IMG/VR virus record: IMGVR_UViG_3300038450_000150
DNA: 27,470 bases
Strand: one strand, 5' to 3'
From: a virus
Lineage: Duplodnaviria > Heunggongvirae > Uroviricota > Caudoviricetes
Part shown: positions 25,677-27,470 of the stretch, piece by piece
Layout of the letters: every line of letters starts with the position of its first letter
Position numbering within the stretch: position 1 is the first letter of the stretch
Notes under the pieces: generated by a model
Database searches by the model: none
What the model was told of the DNA's origin: nothing
Seen by the model: only the letters and a program-made list of their open reading frames with translations
Made by a program: the position numbers and the translations under genes

Positions 25677-27470
25677 TTATCTACGCCTTCTTTCCCTTGC
25701 CATGATTGCAACCGCTAAAACTATTACTCCTATGAAGATTATCCACCAAGGGAACCCTCCACCACCACTAATAACGCCTGTGGTTGATGTAAGTTCTGTA
25801 ATTGTTGTAGTTAATATTATTGAACTTTCGGTAGAAGTTGCTGTGATTGTTGCTGTTGAGGTGTCAACCGCAGATGTAGAAGTGAATGTTATGTAGGCTG
25901 TAATCGTGGTGCTCACGATGAAATATGTGGCAGTTTGAGTGGTACTTGTTGTTGTGCTTTCAAATGATGTTGACATACAGGTCATTGTTGTGCTATCAGA
26001 TATTGTTGCACAAGTTGTGGTTGTTGTTGCTATTACATATGTTGATGTATCACATGTTGTTGTACAAGTAACTTTAAGAATTAACTGAGTAAATGTATCA
26101 CATGATGTTGTGCTAGTTAATGTTGTAAATATAAATGTATCACATGTTGTTGTTGAAGTGTAATTTATTATTGTATCTGTTTCACAATATGTGGTGTAAG
26201 TTTCGCTTGTTTCAATAGATGTATAGCATGTTGTTGTACGTGTGGAAGTAACAGAAGTTTCTGTTGTACAACTTGATGTACATGTAGTTGTAACTGAGAT
26301 TGTTGTACTACATGTTGTTGTTGATGTTATGGTAATTGAAACAAATGTACTACATGTTGTTGTACAAGAAGTTGTAACAGATGTAAATGTACTGCATGTT
26401 GTCTCACAAGTTGTGGTTATTGATGTTTGTGTTTCAGATGTTGTTGTACAGGTTGTTGTGGATGTTATACTAACAGATGTTGAACATGTTGTGGAACATG
26501 TAATTGAAGTAGAAATAGAAGTACTACATGTTGTTGTGCAAGTGTTTGATGTAAATACACTAGTGGTACATGTTGAAGTACAAGTTAGTGATGTGAAAAC
26601 TGATGTAGTACAGGTTGATGTACATGTGGTAGTAATAGAAGTGAATGTACTACAAGTAGAAGTGCATGTAGTTGTAATGCTAGTTTCAGTAGATGTTGTA
26701 CATGTTGTTGTAGATGTTGTTGTTACTGAAGTAAATGTACTACAGGATGATGTACAAGTTGTTGTGATGCTTGTAAAAGTACTACAGGTAGAGGTACATG
26801 TTGTACTGATAGAAGTTGATGTACTACATGTTGTTGTTGAAGTTAGTGATGTAGATACAGATGTGGTACAAGTTGTAGTACAAGTTACACTTGTAGAAAT
26901 AGATGTGGTACATGTTGTAGTACTAGTTGTAGTTATACTTGTAAATGTAGAGCATGTAGTGGTACATGTTAATAAATTAGAGATAGAAGTTGAACATGTT
27001 GTTGTGCATGTATTATATGTTGAGAAAGATGTTGTGCATGTAGTTGTTGTTGTTTTTGATGTTTCAAAAGATGTTGTACAGGTTGTAGTGCAAGTAATGC
27101 TTGTAGAAATTGATGTAATACATGTTGTCTCACAAGTTGTAGTGCTAGATGCAGCAAATATTTGTAATTTTAGTTCTATATAATCTATGTAGAGAACATG
27201 CCCAGCATTACCATTGCTAAGGTGGTTGATTCTAAAGAAAGCATTACCAGCACCATTCACAAAATCATCATGATCTAATCCAACTGTAGAATTATACCAA
27301 ACATCTGCTGGTTGGTTAGTAAGTCTTAAACCATCATTTACCCAAGTTAGTCCAATCCCAGGTTCCTGATAGTAGAACTGGTTTTCAACATCATGTTGGT
27401 TGCTCCCAGCGTAGTGTCCATAAATGTTAATCCTTGCATTAAAACAATCAGGAACAGCAGTAAAATTATA
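25677..27470 (-). CDS. Large surface protein (partial, start outside window): beta-sandwich-like domain, Thr/Cys repeat stalk, GGFPWW-TM-RRRR tail
   Basis: Frame stays open 70 codons beyond the ORF-track start to the window edge (YNFTAVPDCFNARINIYGHY...GNAGHVLYIDYIEL). Confidence 0.85.
   Translation of the reverse strand, partial: YNFTAVPDCFNARINIYGHYAGSNQHDVENQFYYQEPGIGLTWVNDGLRLTNQPADVWYNSTVGLDHDDFVNGAGNAFFRINHLSNGNAGHVLYIDYIELKLQIFAASSTTTCETTCITSISTSITCTTTCTTSFETSKTTTTTCTTSFSTYNTCTTTCSTSISNLLTCTTTCSTFTSITTTSTTTCTTSISTSVTCTTTCTTSVSTSLTSTTTCSTSTSISTTCTSTCSTFTSITTTCTSSCSTFTSVTTTSTTTCTTSTETSITTTCTSTCSTFTSITTTCTSTCTTSVFTSLTCTSTCTTSVFTSNTCTTTCSTSISTSITCSTTCSTSVSITSTTTCTTTSETQTSITTTCETTCSTFTSVTTSCTTTCSTFVSITITSTTTCSTTISVTTTCTSSCTTETSVTSTRTTTCYTSIETSETYTTYCETDTIINYTSTTTCDTFIFTTLTSTTSCDTFTQLILKVTCTTTCDTSTYVIATTTTTCATISDSTTMTCMSTSFESTTTSTTQTATYFIVSTTITAYITFTSTSAVDTSTATITATSTESSIILTTTITELTSTTGVISGGGGFPWWIIFIGVIVLAVAIMARERRRR
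25975..27150 (-). repeat. Degenerate 42-nt / 14-aa coding tandem repeat (consensus ~[ST]T[SF]xSxxxT[CS]TTTC)
   Basis: 26 complete units by manual parsing: 22 of 14 aa, the others 12, 16, 16 and 18 aa. 44 Cys in the repeat region. Confidence 0.9.

Noticed and set aside
192-25896. Short plus-strand ORFs and off-frame minus ORFs in the track (e.g. 192..401, 761..976, 9323..9598, 23422..23715, 24449..24745)
   Set aside because: They lie wholly or largely within well-supported minus-strand genes and have no motifs.
25975-27150. Calling the repeat protein an antifreeze protein
   Set aside because: TCT motifs are present, but the period (14) and Cys spacing (CxxxC) differ from beetle AFPs; kept only as a structural analogy.
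26242-27183. 313-aa Val/His/Asp-rich plus-strand ORF
   Set aside because: Antisense shadow of the Thr/Cys repeat (ACN codons read backwards give no stops); no RBS and on the non-coding strand.
1-27470. Identification as a Borg
   Set aside because: Strand bias, low GC and glycosylation genes fit, but I saw no perfect tandem nucleotide repeat arrays or marker genes.
1-27470. tRNA, rRNA, CRISPR array, integrase, transposase
   Set aside because: The gaps are short and accounted for by small ORFs or promoter motifs; no cloverleaf, repeat-spacer pattern or recombinase motif was seen.

Overview
AT-rich 27.5 kb window in which every credible gene is on the minus strand, with most genes overlapping or abutting (ATGA, TTGA, TAATG junctions). 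Expression signals are archaeal-type (GGTGA/GAGGTG ribosome-binding sites, BRE/TATA-like boxes, many TTG starts). There are three parts. (i) ~1-19.8 kb: a glycan synthesis and decoration cluster: 4 glycosyltransferases (3 GT2, 1 GT-B), a GT-C-like membrane protein, GtrA-like, 4 SAM methyltransferases, 2 hexapeptide acetyltransferases, PIG-L, WbqC, B12 radical SAM, an epimerase and a transaldolase-DSP-gmhA-hddA heptose cassette, interleaved with unknown membrane proteins. (ii) ~19.8-25.3 kb: small basic or orphan proteins, three sharing an N-terminal His/basic tag, with repeated promoter-like motifs. (iii) 25.3-27.5 kb: two Thr-rich surface proteins sharing a GGFPWW-TM-RRR tail, one with a regular 14-aa Thr/Cys repeat. 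No replication, capsid, integrase, tRNA, rRNA or CRISPR feature is visible. The best inference is part of a large archaeal virus or giant extrachromosomal element carrying its own surface-glycosylation system; a chromosomal island cannot be excluded. All calls come from motif recognition by eye; no database searches were run.
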